A stretch of 64,000 nt of DNA from Thermodesulfobacteriota bacterium (GTDB lineage: Bacteria; Desulfobacterota_D; UBA1144; Nemesobacterales; Mycalebacteriaceae). Position numbers and translations under genes: made by a program. Below the pieces are notes generated by a model. It worked only from the letters and a program-made list of their open reading frames with translations, had not been told where the DNA came from and ran no database searches. This document shows positions 18,861 through 29,291 of this stretch, piece after piece. The stretch is from contig OZ245366.1 in NCBI GenBank assembly GCA_965226585.1, positions 704,001 to 768,000 on the forward strand, written 5' to 3'. How positions within the stretch are numbered: position 1 is the stretch's first letter; each line of letters starts with the position of its first letter.

Positions 18861-20138
18861 ATGTCCAAAACCGGCGTTAAATCCATTAAGGGCTTCGTTG
18901 ATGTTCTGCCACAGCGCGCGCGTCTCTGGAGTTTTCTTGAAGACACCGCCGCAAAAGTGTTCGGGATTTACGGATTTTCACAAATCAGAACCCCTGTTCT
19001 TGAGTTCACAGATGTGTACGCGAGAGCGGTAGGCAGTTCCACAGACCTTGTGGAGAAAGAGATGTATTCATTTGAAGACAGAGACGGCTCGGATATAACT
19101 CTGCGCCCCGAAGGCACCGCCGGTGTTGTGAGGGCTTACATTGAAAACTCCATGCACAGATCCGCGCCCACACAGAAACTTTACTATTCGGGGGAGATGT
19201 TCAGGCACGAGCGTCCGCAAAAGGGCAGGATGAGGGGATTTCACCAGATAGGGGCTGAGTTTTTCGGCTCCGGCGCGGCGTCTGCGGATTGTGAGGTGAT
19301 GGCGATGCTGTGGCAGTTTTTCACCGAAGCGGGTTTGTCTGGCGGCTTGCGGATGGAGATAAATTCCATCGGAACCCCTGAAGACCGCAAAGGTTTTACC
19401 GCCGCCCTTGCGGAGTTTCTGCTTCCTCTGAGCGGCAAACTGTGCGACGACTGCAAAAGAAGGGCGGAAACAAATCCGCTCAGGGTTCTTGACTGCAAAA
19501 ACTCTTCCTGCTCGTCCGCAACCGAAGGCGCGCCGGAGATGAGCGGTTTTCTTTCGCCGGAAAGCGCGCAACATTTTGACGAGGTGAAAGAGCGTCTCAC
19601 CGCGCTGTCGGTTCCCTTTGTTGTGAACACAAGGATAGTCAGAGGGCTTGACTACTACACGCGCACGGTGTTTGAGGTGAAGGCGGATGACGGGCTCGGC
19701 ACACAGAACGCAGTTGCCGCAGGCGGCAGATACGACCTGCTGGTTGAAAATCTCGGAGGACCTCCCACGCCCGCAACCGGTTTTGCGATAGGAATGGAAA
19801 GGGCGGTTCTTCTGCTTGAAAATGCGGACAGGGGAGAGCCGGGCAGAGAGGGCGTGTTTGTGGGATGGATTGGCGGCGAATGTTTTAACGAGGCGTTTGC
19901 TCTTTCCGCCCGTCTGCGCGCGCTTTCGGTCAAGGTTTGGATTGAGCACGGGGAGTTGGGAATCAGAAGCCAGATAAAAAAGGCGGACAAGGCGGGGGCG
20001 CGTTTTATGGTAATAGTGGGTCCCGGAGAGATGGAAAGCGGAGTTGTGAAACTTAGAGATATGGAAAGCGGCTCAGAAACCGATATTCCCACCGGAGGCG
20101 CGGCGGATGAGATAGCCAAATCCGCAACTGTTGTCTAA
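18861..20138 (+). CDS. hisS: Histidine--tRNA ligase
   Basis: KEMY, LRPEGTAG, FRHERPQKGR, VRGLDYYT, GGRYD. Confidence 0.98.
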   Translation: MSKTGVKSIKGFVDVLPQRARLWSFLEDTAAKVFGIYGFSQIRTPVLEFTDVYARAVGSSTDLVEKEMYSFEDRDGSDITLRPEGTAGVVRAYIENSMHRSAPTQKLYYSGEMFRHERPQKGRMRGFHQIGAEFFGSGAASADCEVMAMLWQFFTEAGLSGGLRMEINSIGTPEDRKGFTAALAEFLLPLSGKLCDDCKRRAETNPLRVLDCKNSSCSSATEGAPEMSGFLSPESAQHFDEVKERLTALSVPFVVNTRIVRGLDYYTRTVFEVKADDGLGTQNAVAAGGRYDLLVENLGGPPTPATGFAIGMERAVLLLENADRGEPGREGVFVGWIGGECFNEAFALSARLRALSVKVWIEHGELGIRSQIKKADKAGARFMVIVGPGEMESGVVKLRDMESGSETDIPTGGAADEIAKSATVV

Positions 20139-21400
20139 TGCCCGGCAGAAATATTCATTACGGCTGGATTATTGTATGCGCGGCTTTTGTGCTGATATTT
20201 CTTGACGGGCTTCTGCTTTACACATTCGGGGTTTTCAAACCGTATCTCAGCGAAGCCGTGCAACTCACCGAAACGGCGGTTGCGTCAATATTCTCCGTGC
20301 GCTGTGTAACGCTTGCCATTTCAATGCCGCTTGCGGGAAAACTCGCCGAGCGTTTTGCTCCCCGGTGGGTGATACTTTGCGGCGGCATTCTCGCGTCATC
20401 CGGTTTCTATCTCGCCTCAACCGCAGACAGCATCGGTGAACTCTATCTCTACTACGGTTTTCTTGTGGGACTGGGAGACGGCGCGTTCTACACGCTTCCG
20501 GTTGCCATTATCAGCAGGTGGTTCAAAAAGAACCGCGCGCTCGCCATCGGTATAGCGACAACGGGGCTTCCGGTGAGCGGTTTGGTTATCTCCCCGATAA
20601 GCGCGTGGCTTGTGCATGTTTATTCGCTTGAACGTGCTTTTGTTGTGTGCGCCGTTATTCTGCTTACTATCTCGTTTGCCGGTTTTATTCTCAGAAAAGA
20701 CCCCTCTGAAATGGGGCAGACTCCAGTCGGCGGAACTGAGGAAGACCGTGGCGCAGACCCGGACGCGGGCAGTGTTCGCGCTCTTGACGCGATTAAGCAA
20801 AAGGATTTTTGGATTCTGTATTTCATCTTCTGGGCGGGCTTCAACACTTTTCTTATTGTGATAATCAACCTCTACAATTTCGCTCTGGATCAGGGGCTGA
20901 GTGAACACATTTTCATAAACTTCGGTTTGTGGGAGATGGACACTCTCAAGGCGGCAATTCCGCCCGCGCTTATCGGGCTTGGCAGTGTGATAGGGCGTAT
21001 ATTCTTTTCGGGATATGCTCTCAAGTTTCTCAACGAAAGCCGGGTTTTGCTTGTCTGTTATTTGTGCAAGGCGGTTTTGATAACGCTTGTTCTGGTTTTT
21101 ATTGGCGAGTGGGCGTTTTATGTGTTTGGTTTTCTGTTTGGTTTCTTTTACAGCGGCTGGGTTCCGATATTCCCGATAATTCTCGGCAATCTTTACGGGT
21201 TGAGAGAGTTGGGAGCGATATTCGGATTTTTCGGAAGCGGTTTTTCTCTTGCCGCTCTCACGGGACCCATAACCGCCGGTTTGCTGAGGGACAGTCTTGG
21301 CGGATATTCCCCGATGTTCATAGCGGCGGTGGCGTTCTGCATCCTCGCGGCGGCGTTGACTTTTTTCATAAGAACCAGCGGAAGAGAGGAGACGGCATAA
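20138..21400 (+). CDS. MFS transporter (OFA/MCT-like)
   Basis: ~12 TM helices, HYGWII start, RWFKKNRALAIGI. Confidence 0.88.
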   Translation: MPGRNIHYGWIIVCAAFVLIFLDGLLLYTFGVFKPYLSEAVQLTETAVASIFSVRCVTLAISMPLAGKLAERFAPRWVILCGGILASSGFYLASTADSIGELYLYYGFLVGLGDGAFYTLPVAIISRWFKKNRALAIGIATTGLPVSGLVISPISAWLVHVYSLERAFVVCAVILLTISFAGFILRKDPSEMGQTPVGGTEEDRGADPDAGSVRALDAIKQKDFWILYFIFWAGFNTFLIVIINLYNFALDQGLSEHIFINFGLWEMDTLKAAIPPALIGLGSVIGRIFFSGYALKFLNESRVLLVCYLCKAVLITLVLVFIGEWAFYVFGFLFGFFYSGWVPIFPIILGNLYGLRELGAIFGFFGSGFSLAALTGPITAGLLRDSLGGYSPMFIAAVAFCILAAALTFFIRTSGREETA

Positions 21401-21401
21401 T

Positions 21402-21578
21402 ATGTTTGGCGTAGGCATAGGTGAAATACTGCTTGTCTGTCTGATAGCCATTTTCTTTTTCGGGCCCGATGATTTTGTAAAATTGACACGCCTTGCGGCA
21501 AGGGGATTGAGAGAGTTCAGGGTTTTTAAGCAGGATGTGAAGGACAGTATTGATTTGGATGAGAGGAAGGAGAAGTGA
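21402..21578 (+). CDS. tatA: Twin-arginine translocase TatA/TatB family subunit (58 aa, absent from ORF track)
   Basis: Manual translation MFGVGIGEILLVCLIAIFFFGPDDFVKLTRLAARGLREFRVFKQDVKDSIDLDERKEK; typical FGP hinge. Confidence 0.8.
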   Translation: MFGVGIGEILLVCLIAIFFFGPDDFVKLTRLAARGLREFRVFKQDVKDSIDLDERKEK

Positions 21579-21731
21579 TGAAAAAAGTTGCTCTGATGTT
21601 TTGCGGCGCGGCATAATCCCGATTCGGAAATAACAAAAGCCCTTGTCCGGGGCGGAGCGGATGAAAGTGAATTGACGGGGCTTTGGCTCTCGGACAAGAA
21701 GGAAGTTTTTGACCCTTTCCCGCCGTTCTGA
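21578..21731 (+). pseudogene. Frameshifted ankyrin-repeat gene remnant
   Basis: Removing one T from ATGTTTTGCG gives MKKVALMFAARHNPDSEITKALVRGGAD, matching an ankyrin consensus. Confidence 0.5.
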
Positions 21732-21765
21732 TACATTCCGTCTGACCGCTTCCGGTAGAAACCAG

Positions 21766-23370
21766 ATGCATAAAATCGTCATTGACGGCAAAGAGATTGA
21801 AGTTGAAGACGGCGTAAATATCATACAAGCCGCCGAGCGGATTGGCGTTCAAATTCCGCATTTCTGCTACCACCCGTCATTAAGCATTGTCGCCCAGTGC
21901 AGACAGTGCCTTGTTGAAGTAAAAGGAATCCCCAAGGTTATGCCCGCCTGCAACCTCTTTCCCGTGGACGGTATGGAAGTCTTTACAAACTCCCCCAAAG
22001 CGGTTGAAGCTCGCAGAGCGACCGTTGAATTCACGCTGATAAACCACCCGCTTGACTGCCCGGTTTGCGACAAAGGCGGAGAGTGCGACCTTCAACTGAC
22101 AGCCGTTTCACACGGCAGGAATTACAGCAGGTTTGACCCGCCGGAAGAGAAAAAAGTCAGAAAAAAATACTACCTCAGCGAACGCATAATGTATGACCCG
22201 AACCGGTGCATAATGTGCACACGGTGCGTGCGCTTTACGGACGAAGTTACCAAAACCGGCGAACTGGGTTACGACAACAGAGGGTTTCGCAAAAAAATAA
22301 CGGTTTTCCCCGGAAAGGAACTCAACAACGAACTTTCGGGAAACGTGATAGACCTCTGCCCCGTTGGCGCGCTTCTCTCAAAAGAGTCTCTGCACGGCGA
22401 AAGGGTGTGGTATATGAAACACACGGACACCGTCTGCCCGCTTTGCAGTAACGGATGCAACATAACGGCGGGAGCAAACTTGAGAGAAGGCAAACTGATG
22501 AGAGTGCGCCCGAGGGTGAACATGGACGTTAACGAACACTGGATATGCGACCGGGGCAGGTTTGAGTTTGCAGAAACACAGGAGCCCGAAAAACGGCTCA
22601 GGCAACCGATACGAAAAGACGAAAACGGCGAATATGAAAACACCTCATGGGAACTCGCGGCGGCTGATTTTCAATCCGCCTTCACAAATGCGGGGCGGCG
22701 CGCCTTTCTCTGTTCAGCCGTTCTCACAAACGAAGAACTCTATCTCGCCCTCAAACTGTCTGAAGAATTCGGCGTTTCCCGCTTTGCCTGCAACTCAGGA
22801 AACACGGGCGGCGAAAAGAAATTCGGCATCATAAGCGCAGACCCGTTTCCAAACGGCACGGGAGCAAAAGACCTCGGAATAGACACGGGTCCCTCCGCCG
22901 CAGAAAAAATTGCGGAAGCCCTGCTTGCCGGAGAGATTGACGTCCTTTTCGTTATGCATGAAGACCTTTTCCGCCTATGCTCCGGACGCGAGAGCGAGAT
23001 GGAGAGCGCGCTTTCCCGCCTGTCTTTTCTCGCCGTGCTTGACACCCGCCTCACACAGACGGCAAGGTTTGCCAACCTGATTCTTCCCGGCGCGACCCCT
23101 TATGAAAAAGACGGAACTTTTACAAACGACATGGGAAGGGTGCAAAGGGTCAGAAAGGTTCTGGACGCCCCCGGAGACGCCATGCAAGACTGGGAGGCGT
23201 TGAAACTTCTGGGCGCGTCATCGCCCGAGCAGTTTTTTCACGGCTCTCCCGCAGAGATAATGGGAGAGATTTCAACAAGGTTCAAGCCGTATGAGGCAAT
23301 GGACTACGACCTGATAGATTTCCTCGGAGTTGGAAGAAAAGGTGATATCACCGGACAGTCAGCTTTTTGA
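21766..23370 (+). CDS. nuoG: NADH-quinone oxidoreductase subunit G-like Fe-S protein
   Basis: IPHFCYH, CRQCLVEV, NHPLDCPVCDKGGECDLQ, RCIMCTRCVRF, DLCPVGAL. Confidence 0.9.
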   Translation: MHKIVIDGKEIEVEDGVNIIQAAERIGVQIPHFCYHPSLSIVAQCRQCLVEVKGIPKVMPACNLFPVDGMEVFTNSPKAVEARRATVEFTLINHPLDCPVCDKGGECDLQLTAVSHGRNYSRFDPPEEKKVRKKYYLSERIMYDPNRCIMCTRCVRFTDEVTKTGELGYDNRGFRKKITVFPGKELNNELSGNVIDLCPVGALLSKESLHGERVWYMKHTDTVCPLCSNGCNITAGANLREGKLMRVRPRVNMDVNEHWICDRGRFEFAETQEPEKRLRQPIRKDENGEYENTSWELAAADFQSAFTNAGRRAFLCSAVLTNEELYLALKLSEEFGVSRFACNSGNTGGEKKFGIISADPFPNGTGAKDLGIDTGPSAAEKIAEALLAGEIDVLFVMHEDLFRLCSGRESEMESALSRLSFLAVLDTRLTQTARFANLILPGATPYEKDGTFTNDMGRVQRVRKVLDAPGDAMQDWEALKLLGASSPEQFFHGSPAEIMGEISTRFKPYEAMDYDLIDFLGVGRKGDITGQSAF

Positions 23371-24406
23371 GTGGGCGGCGGCGGTCGTTAAATCCGCGCT
23401 TATGATTGGCGCGGTGCTGACGGCGGTTGCCTATCTCACCTATGCGGAAAGGCGTGTGAGCGCGCTTATTCAGGACCGCCTCGGTCCCAACAGGGTTGGG
23501 CCTTTCGGGCTTCTCCAGCCCCTTGCCGACGGGGTTAAGTTTATGTTCAAGGAAGACACCGTTCCCGCAGGGGCGAACAAAACCATTTACGCGCTTGCTC
23601 CCGTTTTCTCATTCGTTACGGCAATCGCCGCGCTTGCCGTGATTCCCATAGGGCGCGGATTTGAAACCGACCTTATGGGGCTTCTCTCATCGCCCGCTTT
23701 TATAAGTTTCCAAATCGCCGACATAGAGGCGGGCGCGCTGTATGTTTTCGCCGTCAGTTCGCTGAGCGTCTACGGCGTGATACTGGGCGGATGGGCTTCA
23801 AACAGCAAATACTCCCTTATTGGCGGAATCAGGGGAATCTCGCAGATGATAAGTTACGAACTCGCCCTGGGGCTTTCGGTCATCGGGGTTTTCGCCCTTG
23901 TCGGCTCTCTCAGAATAGGAGACATAGTTGAGTACCAAAGCGGCGTGTGGCTGATATTTCCGCAATTTCTGGGGTTTTTGATATTTCTTGTCGCGTCTTT
24001 TGCGGAGACAAACCGGCTTCCGTTTGATATGCCCGAAGCCGAGCCGGAAATAGTCGGCGGCTACCACACGGAATACAGCGGAATGAAGTTCGCGATGTTT
24101 TTCCTTGCCGAATACACGCACATGATAGTCGCCTCGTGCCTGATAACCGCGCTTTACCTCGGCGGCTGGTATCCGCTTCCCTTCACCGGATGGGGCGGTG
24201 TTGATATTGACGCCCGCTGGTATCTGCCTCCGCTTGTTTTTATTGGCAAAGTGGCGGCGGTGCTTTTCTTTTTCATCTGGGTGCGGTGGACTCTTCCGCG
24301 TTTCCGTTCAGACCAGGTTATGAAGTTCGGGTGGAAGGTTCTTCTGCCGCTGTCGGTTGTGAACATCGTTGGAACCGCCGTGTATGTGGCGGTTGCGGGC
24401 GGGTGA
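23330..24406 (+). CDS. nuoH: NADH-quinone oxidoreductase subunit H
   Basis: GPNRVGPFGLLQPLADG, AETNRLPFD, GYHTEYSG, RWTLPRFR. Confidence 0.96.
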   Translation: MEEKVISPDSQLFEWAAAVVKSALMIGAVLTAVAYLTYAERRVSALIQDRLGPNRVGPFGLLQPLADGVKFMFKEDTVPAGANKTIYALAPVFSFVTAIAALAVIPIGRGFETDLMGLLSSPAFISFQIADIEAGALYVFAVSSLSVYGVILGGWASNSKYSLIGGIRGISQMISYELALGLSVIGVFALVGSLRIGDIVEYQSGVWLIFPQFLGFLIFLVASFAETNRLPFDMPEAEPEIVGGYHTEYSGMKFAMFFLAEYTHMIVASCLITALYLGGWYPLPFTGWGGVDIDARWYLPPLVFIGKVAAVLFFFIWVRWTLPRFRSDQVMKFGWKVLLPLSVVNIVGTAVYVAVAGG

Positions 24407-24409
24407 AAA

Positions 24410-25162
24410 ATGACGACCGGGCGCGCGGTGTGTATAATTTCACCCGTGTCCGCCTCAACAAAAAGCCGCCTGATACTCGCGCTTGATTTTCCTTCCGTAC
24501 AAAACGCCTCGGCTTTTGCCCTTGCCTGCGCGGGAAAAGTGGGAGCCTACAAAGTCGGTCCCGTGATGTTTTTCGGCGGCGGCCCTCAAGTTATTGACTG
24601 GCTTCAGGAAAATTGCGGCGGCGGGATTTTCCTTGACCTCAAGTTTCACGACATTCCCAACACGGTTGCGGGAGCCGTTTCGCGCATATCGCGCCTGAAC
24701 GTGGACATGTTCACGGTTCATTCCCTTGGAGGGGAGAAGATGATAAAAGCCGCCCGCGACACGGCGGAAGATGGCGCGCAGAGCCTTGGACTGCAAAGAC
24801 CCGCGGTGATAGCGGTAACCGTTTTGACAAGCCACGATGAGGATGAAGCGAAAAAACTTTTCGGCGGCGCGGACACGGTTTCAACAGTTCTCCGCCTTGC
24901 AGACACGGCGGAAAAGGGCGGCGCAGACGGGCTTGTGTGTTCCGGAATGGAGATAGAGCCGCTCAAAAAAGAGTTCGGCGACCGTTTCAAACTTATAGTG
25001 CCCGGAGTGCGTCTTGAAAGTTCCCCCGCAGAAGACCAGAGCAGGGTTGTAACCCCGAAAGAGGCGTTTGAAAAAGGGGCGGACTACATCGTTGCCGGCA
25101 GAACCGTTACGCAAGCGGAAGACCCCGCCGCCGCTCTCAGAGAGATTACGGGCGAGGGTTAA
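24410..25162 (+). CDS. pyrF: Orotidine-5'-phosphate decarboxylase
   Basis: LILALD, FLDLKFHDIPNTV, VTVLTS, VPGVR. Confidence 0.96.
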   Translation: MTTGRAVCIISPVSASTKSRLILALDFPSVQNASAFALACAGKVGAYKVGPVMFFGGGPQVIDWLQENCGGGIFLDLKFHDIPNTVAGAVSRISRLNVDMFTVHSLGGEKMIKAARDTAEDGAQSLGLQRPAVIAVTVLTSHDEDEAKKLFGGADTVSTVLRLADTAEKGGADGLVCSGMEIEPLKKEFGDRFKLIVPGVRLESSPAEDQSRVVTPKEAFEKGADYIVAGRTVTQAEDPAAALREITGEG

Positions 25163-25536
25163 ACCTCGTTCACTTTCCAGTTTTCATCAACCCACAAGCC
25201 GGTGATTTCCGCGCCGGGAAACTGCGTTTTCAAAAAATTCGCGGCTTCGGTTATATGCTCAATGTGCTTTTCTTTCGCAACCGGATTTCCGGCGCAGTCG
25301 TGGTGACCCGCGATGGCTATGTGCTGTGAGCCGTGTTTTTCCACAGATATTTGAACATAACGGAGAATCGCCTCAATCTTTGCGGGGTCGGCGGGGTCGC
25401 GTTCAGACATTATCAAGTCCGCCCCGGCTCCGGTTACGCAATCCACATAGTCCGCTCCGCGCCGTTTTTTCAGGTACTCAATAACGGGCAGTTGAACCCT
25501 GCCGTCAATGCAGTTTATGGCTGTGCAGAATTTCAT
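25159..25536 (-). CDS. Putative beta-class carbonic anhydrase-like protein
   Basis: CIDGR and GHHDCAGN zinc-ligand motifs. Confidence 0.7.
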   Translation of the reverse strand: MKFCTAINCIDGRVQLPVIEYLKKRRGADYVDCVTGAGADLIMSERDPADPAKIEAILRYVQISVEKHGSQHIAIAGHHDCAGNPVAKEKHIEHITEAANFLKTQFPGAEITGLWVDENWKVNEV

Positions 25537-25620
25537 CGTTTTCCCCCGCCGGCGATTTGACGATATTTCATTTCCGTCAAATTGACATAGATTTTAACAC
25601 AAGAGGTTTCGTAAGTAGGC

Positions 25621-26805
25621 ATGAAAGAGTCTTTTCTCAGCAATTTGCGTCTGATTTTTACGGCGGCGATTTTGTCGATCTGCGCGGCGGCGTCAGGCTG
25701 TTTTCACTCCGCCAAACTGCCCCCGCTTGAAGAGGCGGCGGGGCAGATGCTGATTGTGGGAGTGAGAGGCGAGCGCGTGAACGCGGAGATTGCGGCTCTG
25801 CTGTCAGAAGTGAAGCCGGGCGGAATAATTCTTTTTGACTACGATTTGCCGTCACGCGGCGCGAAACCGCGAAACATATCGTCTCCCGCCCAGCTCAAAG
25901 AGTTTACGCGGGAACTTCAGCGGGCTTCCGCAGAGGGGCTTTTTATAGCGGCGGATGTTGAGGGCGGAAAGGTGAACAGACTGAAAAAGCATCTCGGCTT
26001 TTCCGTCTCCGCCCCGTCTGCCAAAGAAATGGGAAAAGAAGGAACAGAAGCCGTGTTTTCATCGGCAAGCAAAATCGCCCGCGAACTCAAATCGCTTGGA
26101 ATCAACTTCAACCTCGCCCCCGTTGCCGATGTTGACATCAATCCCGAAAGCCCGGCGGTGGGCAAACTTGGAAGGTCTTTCAGCCGCGACCCCGAAACAG
26201 TGGCGCGGCTTGCGGCGGAGTTTGTTAAAGCCCATCACCGGCAGGGCGTGATAACCTGCCTCAAACATTTTCCCGGACACGGAAGCGCGACCGCAGACAC
26301 GCATACCGGCGTGGCGGACATCACAAACACCTACGACCGCCGGGCGGAACTTCTACCGTATAAGCGGCTGATAGACGGCGGATATAAAAACCCCGTTATG
26401 ACGGCGCACGTTATCAACAGAAACATTGACGACAAACCCGCGACACTTTCGCGCAAGATACTTACCGGAATTCTCAGGGGCGAACTGGGGTTCACGGGGG
26501 TAATTGTTTCAGACGATATGCAGATGGAGGCGGTGGCTCACCGCTACGGGCTTGAAAAGGCGGCGGTTATGGCGGTAAGCGCCGGGGCGGACATAATCGT
26601 TATAGGCAACCAGATTGGCGGCGGATACGACGGAGACGCCGCCGGGCGCGTAAGAGACGCGATTGTGAAAGCCGTCCGCGATGGCGTTATCACGGCGGAA
26701 GATGTCTATGACTCGTACCGGCGGATAATGGAGCTCAAAAAGCGATACGGCATCGCTCCGCGCCCGCGCGGTGTTTTGGAAACCGCCCCCGGTCGGGTAA
26801 TATAA
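25621..26805 (+). CDS. nagZ: GH3 beta-N-acetylhexosaminidase, lipoprotein
   Basis: DVEGGKV, APVAD, KHFPGHG, MTAH, SDD motifs. Confidence 0.88.
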   Translation: MKESFLSNLRLIFTAAILSICAAASGCFHSAKLPPLEEAAGQMLIVGVRGERVNAEIAALLSEVKPGGIILFDYDLPSRGAKPRNISSPAQLKEFTRELQRASAEGLFIAADVEGGKVNRLKKHLGFSVSAPSAKEMGKEGTEAVFSSASKIARELKSLGINFNLAPVADVDINPESPAVGKLGRSFSRDPETVARLAAEFVKAHHRQGVITCLKHFPGHGSATADTHTGVADITNTYDRRAELLPYKRLIDGGYKNPVMTAHVINRNIDDKPATLSRKILTGILRGELGFTGVIVSDDMQMEAVAHRYGLEKAAVMAVSAGADIIVIGNQIGGGYDGDAAGRVRDAIVKAVRDGVITAEDVYDSYRRIMELKKRYGIAPRPRGVLETAPGRVI

Positions 26806-26849
26806 AAACCGCTTTGTTTCTTCCCGGAAACGGGGAAAAGGCGTTTGCG

Positions 26850-29291
26850 ATGGAGCCTCAAACAGCAAATCTTCCTTATATTTTCTGGGAATATCTCCTT
26901 AACACTTTTCTTATTCTCGCCCCTGTTTTTCTTTTCGGGCTTTTCCTCTCAGGGCTGATGAGGGTTCTCATATCCCGCGATCAGGTACTCAGCCTGATGG
27001 GCAAAAACGACCTCAAAAGCTCCATAATGGCGGCTCTTGCCGGAGTGCCCATTCCGCTGTGCAGTTGTTCTGTTCTTCCCGTTGTGACCGAACTCAGAAA
27101 AAAAGGCGCGAGCAAACCCGCCTGCGCTTCATTTCTGGTAACCGCGCCGGAAACGGGCGTTGATTCCATACCCATAACCTACGCGCTTCTCGGTCCGTTT
27201 ATGGCGATCTACCGTCCGGTTGCCAGTTTGTTCTCGGCAATCTTCACCTCAATTCTGATTATCGGGCTGGATGACGAAAAAAACACCCCGCCGCCGCAGG
27301 AGACCGAAGATGAATGCGGCAGTTGCGGACACCACAGCCCCGAACACGGACATGACCATCGCGGGCACGACCATGAATACGGCGATGATGATTTTGTGGG
27401 AGTTTCCGGGCTTTACAGGTCGGTAAGGTTTGCGCTGGCTTCCTCTTTTGCGAACACGATGCGCGCGCTTTCGTCGTGGGACTGGTTCCGTCCGGTTCTG
27501 GGAAAACAGTCTCCCGCCGCTGATTTTTCCTCCCCGCGTCCGGAAGGGCTTGTTCCGGCGGGCAGGGTTTTCCGCGCCGTCAGCCGTCATGCTTTTATTG
27601 AACAGATGGACGAGCTTCTCTACCCGCTCATTGTGGGTATTCTCATCGGCGGCGTTATAGTTGTGGCGATACCGGCGGACATATCGTCATACGGGATTTC
27701 AGGTCCCGTTTCGTATTTTCTGCTTCTGCTTGCCGGAATTCCGGTCTACATCTGCGCTTCCGCCGCCACGCCCATTGCGGCGGCTTTGATACTCAAGGGC
27801 ATCAGCCCGGGCGCGGCGCTTGTGTTTCTGCTTTCAGGTCCCGCCACCAACACGCCCACGGTAGTGGTTCTGGGAAAACAGTTTGGATGGCGTTTTTCCT
27901 CAATCTACGTCAGTTCAATAGCGTTCACCTCACTTGTTACCGGAGTTGTTCTTGACATCGTTCTGCTCAAAACGGGCTTCAACATTCTCGCCTCAACCGG
28001 AGGGCTTGCGGGCGGTCTGGTAGGGGCTGTTCAAATCGCCGGGCTTGCGGCTTTTATTGCCCTTGCCGTGTGGAGGGTGCGTAAAAACCCGGCTATTCTG
28101 CCCGAATGGACGGGCGGTTTGCGCTTCTCTGTTCCGGAATATTCCAAAATCGCCGCGCTCACGCAGAGGGCGGTATCTTCAAAAACAACCCCCTACGCGG
28201 CGGCTGTTCTGGCGGTCGTCTGGCTCGCAACGGGGTTTTTCACCGTTACACCGGGAAGCGTAGGGTACGGAAAACTGTTCAACAAGGTTGTCAGCAAAGA
28301 CCTCGCGCCCGGGCTTCACTGGGCCGCGCCGTATCCGCTTGGGGCTTCCGAAGTCTACAGAAGCGAAAAGGTCAGGCGGCTTGTTCTTGGAATTGTGGAG
28401 TTGAACAAAATCCCGCTTCAAAACGCCGCCGCGCCCGCCTCATCGCCCGCCCCCGCCGCGAATGTTGCCGCAGACTACTCGCAGGAGTTCATAACCGGAG
28501 ACGGAAGTCTCCTCAGGGCGGCTCTTGTTGTCCACTACCGCGTGAAAGACCCGTTCACATTTTTCTACGGGGTGAACAAACCGGAGTTTCTGATAGCAGA
28601 CATAGTCAAATCATCTCTCAGAGATTGCGTTGCGTACAGGCGCGTGAACGATGTTCTGACGACCGAAAGGGAAAGCCTTGAACTGTGCGTGAAGGGTTCT
28701 TACGCAACCATAGACGGCATTTTGAATCCGCTTTCCGCAGGCGGAGACGACACGAAAAGAGACACCGAGATGGTGTATCCGCGGCGGCGGCAGGATGACG
28801 GGGTGGAGAGCAGTATAGGGGCGGAAATTCTGTCTGTGAATCTTGTTCAGGCGGTTCCGCCGGATTTTGTCAGAATGGCTTATTACGATGTTTCAAGCGC
28901 GAATGAAGACAAGGAAAGGATGATAGTTGACGCGCAGAAAAGCTACATAGTGCTTATCCCCACGGCTTACGGAAACGCGCGCATTGAACTTGAGCGCGGG
29001 ATAAGCAAGGCGCACGGAAAACGGCTTGTGGCGTTTGCGAAGGCGGACGCTTTTGTTGCGAGGGCGGATGCGGTGGCTCTGGCTCCCGATGTGTTGAAGC
29101 ATCTGTTGTGGATTGAAACCGGAGAGAGGGCGCTTTCGGGCAGGGAGAAGTTTATTCTGCCTCCGGGAACGCGGAAGGAGAACTTGAACCTGTGGCGCGC
29201 GAGCGTTGCCGGAAAAGGTGGAGAGAAAGTGGAACAGCATTCGGAAGACGGGAAACACGGAGAAGACCGAAAGGAGGGTGAGAATGAATAA
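26850..29291 (+). CDS. DUF318/ArsP (SO_0444-like) metal permease fused to HflK-like SPFH domain
   Basis: PLCSCSVLP, YICASAATP, GPATN permease motifs, His-rich loop; then PGLHW..PYP, FITGDG, VPP..V..AY.DV..A.ED SPFH motifs in one frame. Confidence 0.85.
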   Translation: MEPQTANLPYIFWEYLLNTFLILAPVFLFGLFLSGLMRVLISRDQVLSLMGKNDLKSSIMAALAGVPIPLCSCSVLPVVTELRKKGASKPACASFLVTAPETGVDSIPITYALLGPFMAIYRPVASLFSAIFTSILIIGLDDEKNTPPPQETEDECGSCGHHSPEHGHDHRGHDHEYGDDDFVGVSGLYRSVRFALASSFANTMRALSSWDWFRPVLGKQSPAADFSSPRPEGLVPAGRVFRAVSRHAFIEQMDELLYPLIVGILIGGVIVVAIPADISSYGISGPVSYFLLLLAGIPVYICASAATPIAAALILKGISPGAALVFLLSGPATNTPTVVVLGKQFGWRFSSIYVSSIAFTSLVTGVVLDIVLLKTGFNILASTGGLAGGLVGAVQIAGLAAFIALAVWRVRKNPAILPEWTGGLRFSVPEYSKIAALTQRAVSSKTTPYAAAVLAVVWLATGFFTVTPGSVGYGKLFNKVVSKDLAPGLHWAAPYPLGASEVYRSEKVRRLVLGIVELNKIPLQNAAAPASSPAPAANVAADYSQEFITGDGSLLRAALVVHYRVKDPFTFFYGVNKPEFLIADIVKSSLRDCVAYRRVNDVLTTERESLELCVKGSYATIDGILNPLSAGGDDTKRDTEMVYPRRRQDDGVESSIGAEILSVNLVQAVPPDFVRMAYYDVSSANEDKERMIVDAQKSYIVLIPTAYGNARIELERGISKAHGKRLVAFAKADAFVARADAVALAPDVLKHLLWIETGERALSGREKFILPPGTRKENLNLWRASVAGKGGEKVEQHSEDGKHGEDRKEGENE

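Noticed and set aside
20417..21736. 439-aa minus-strand ORF
   Set aside because: Antisense to the MFS and tatA genes; no motifs
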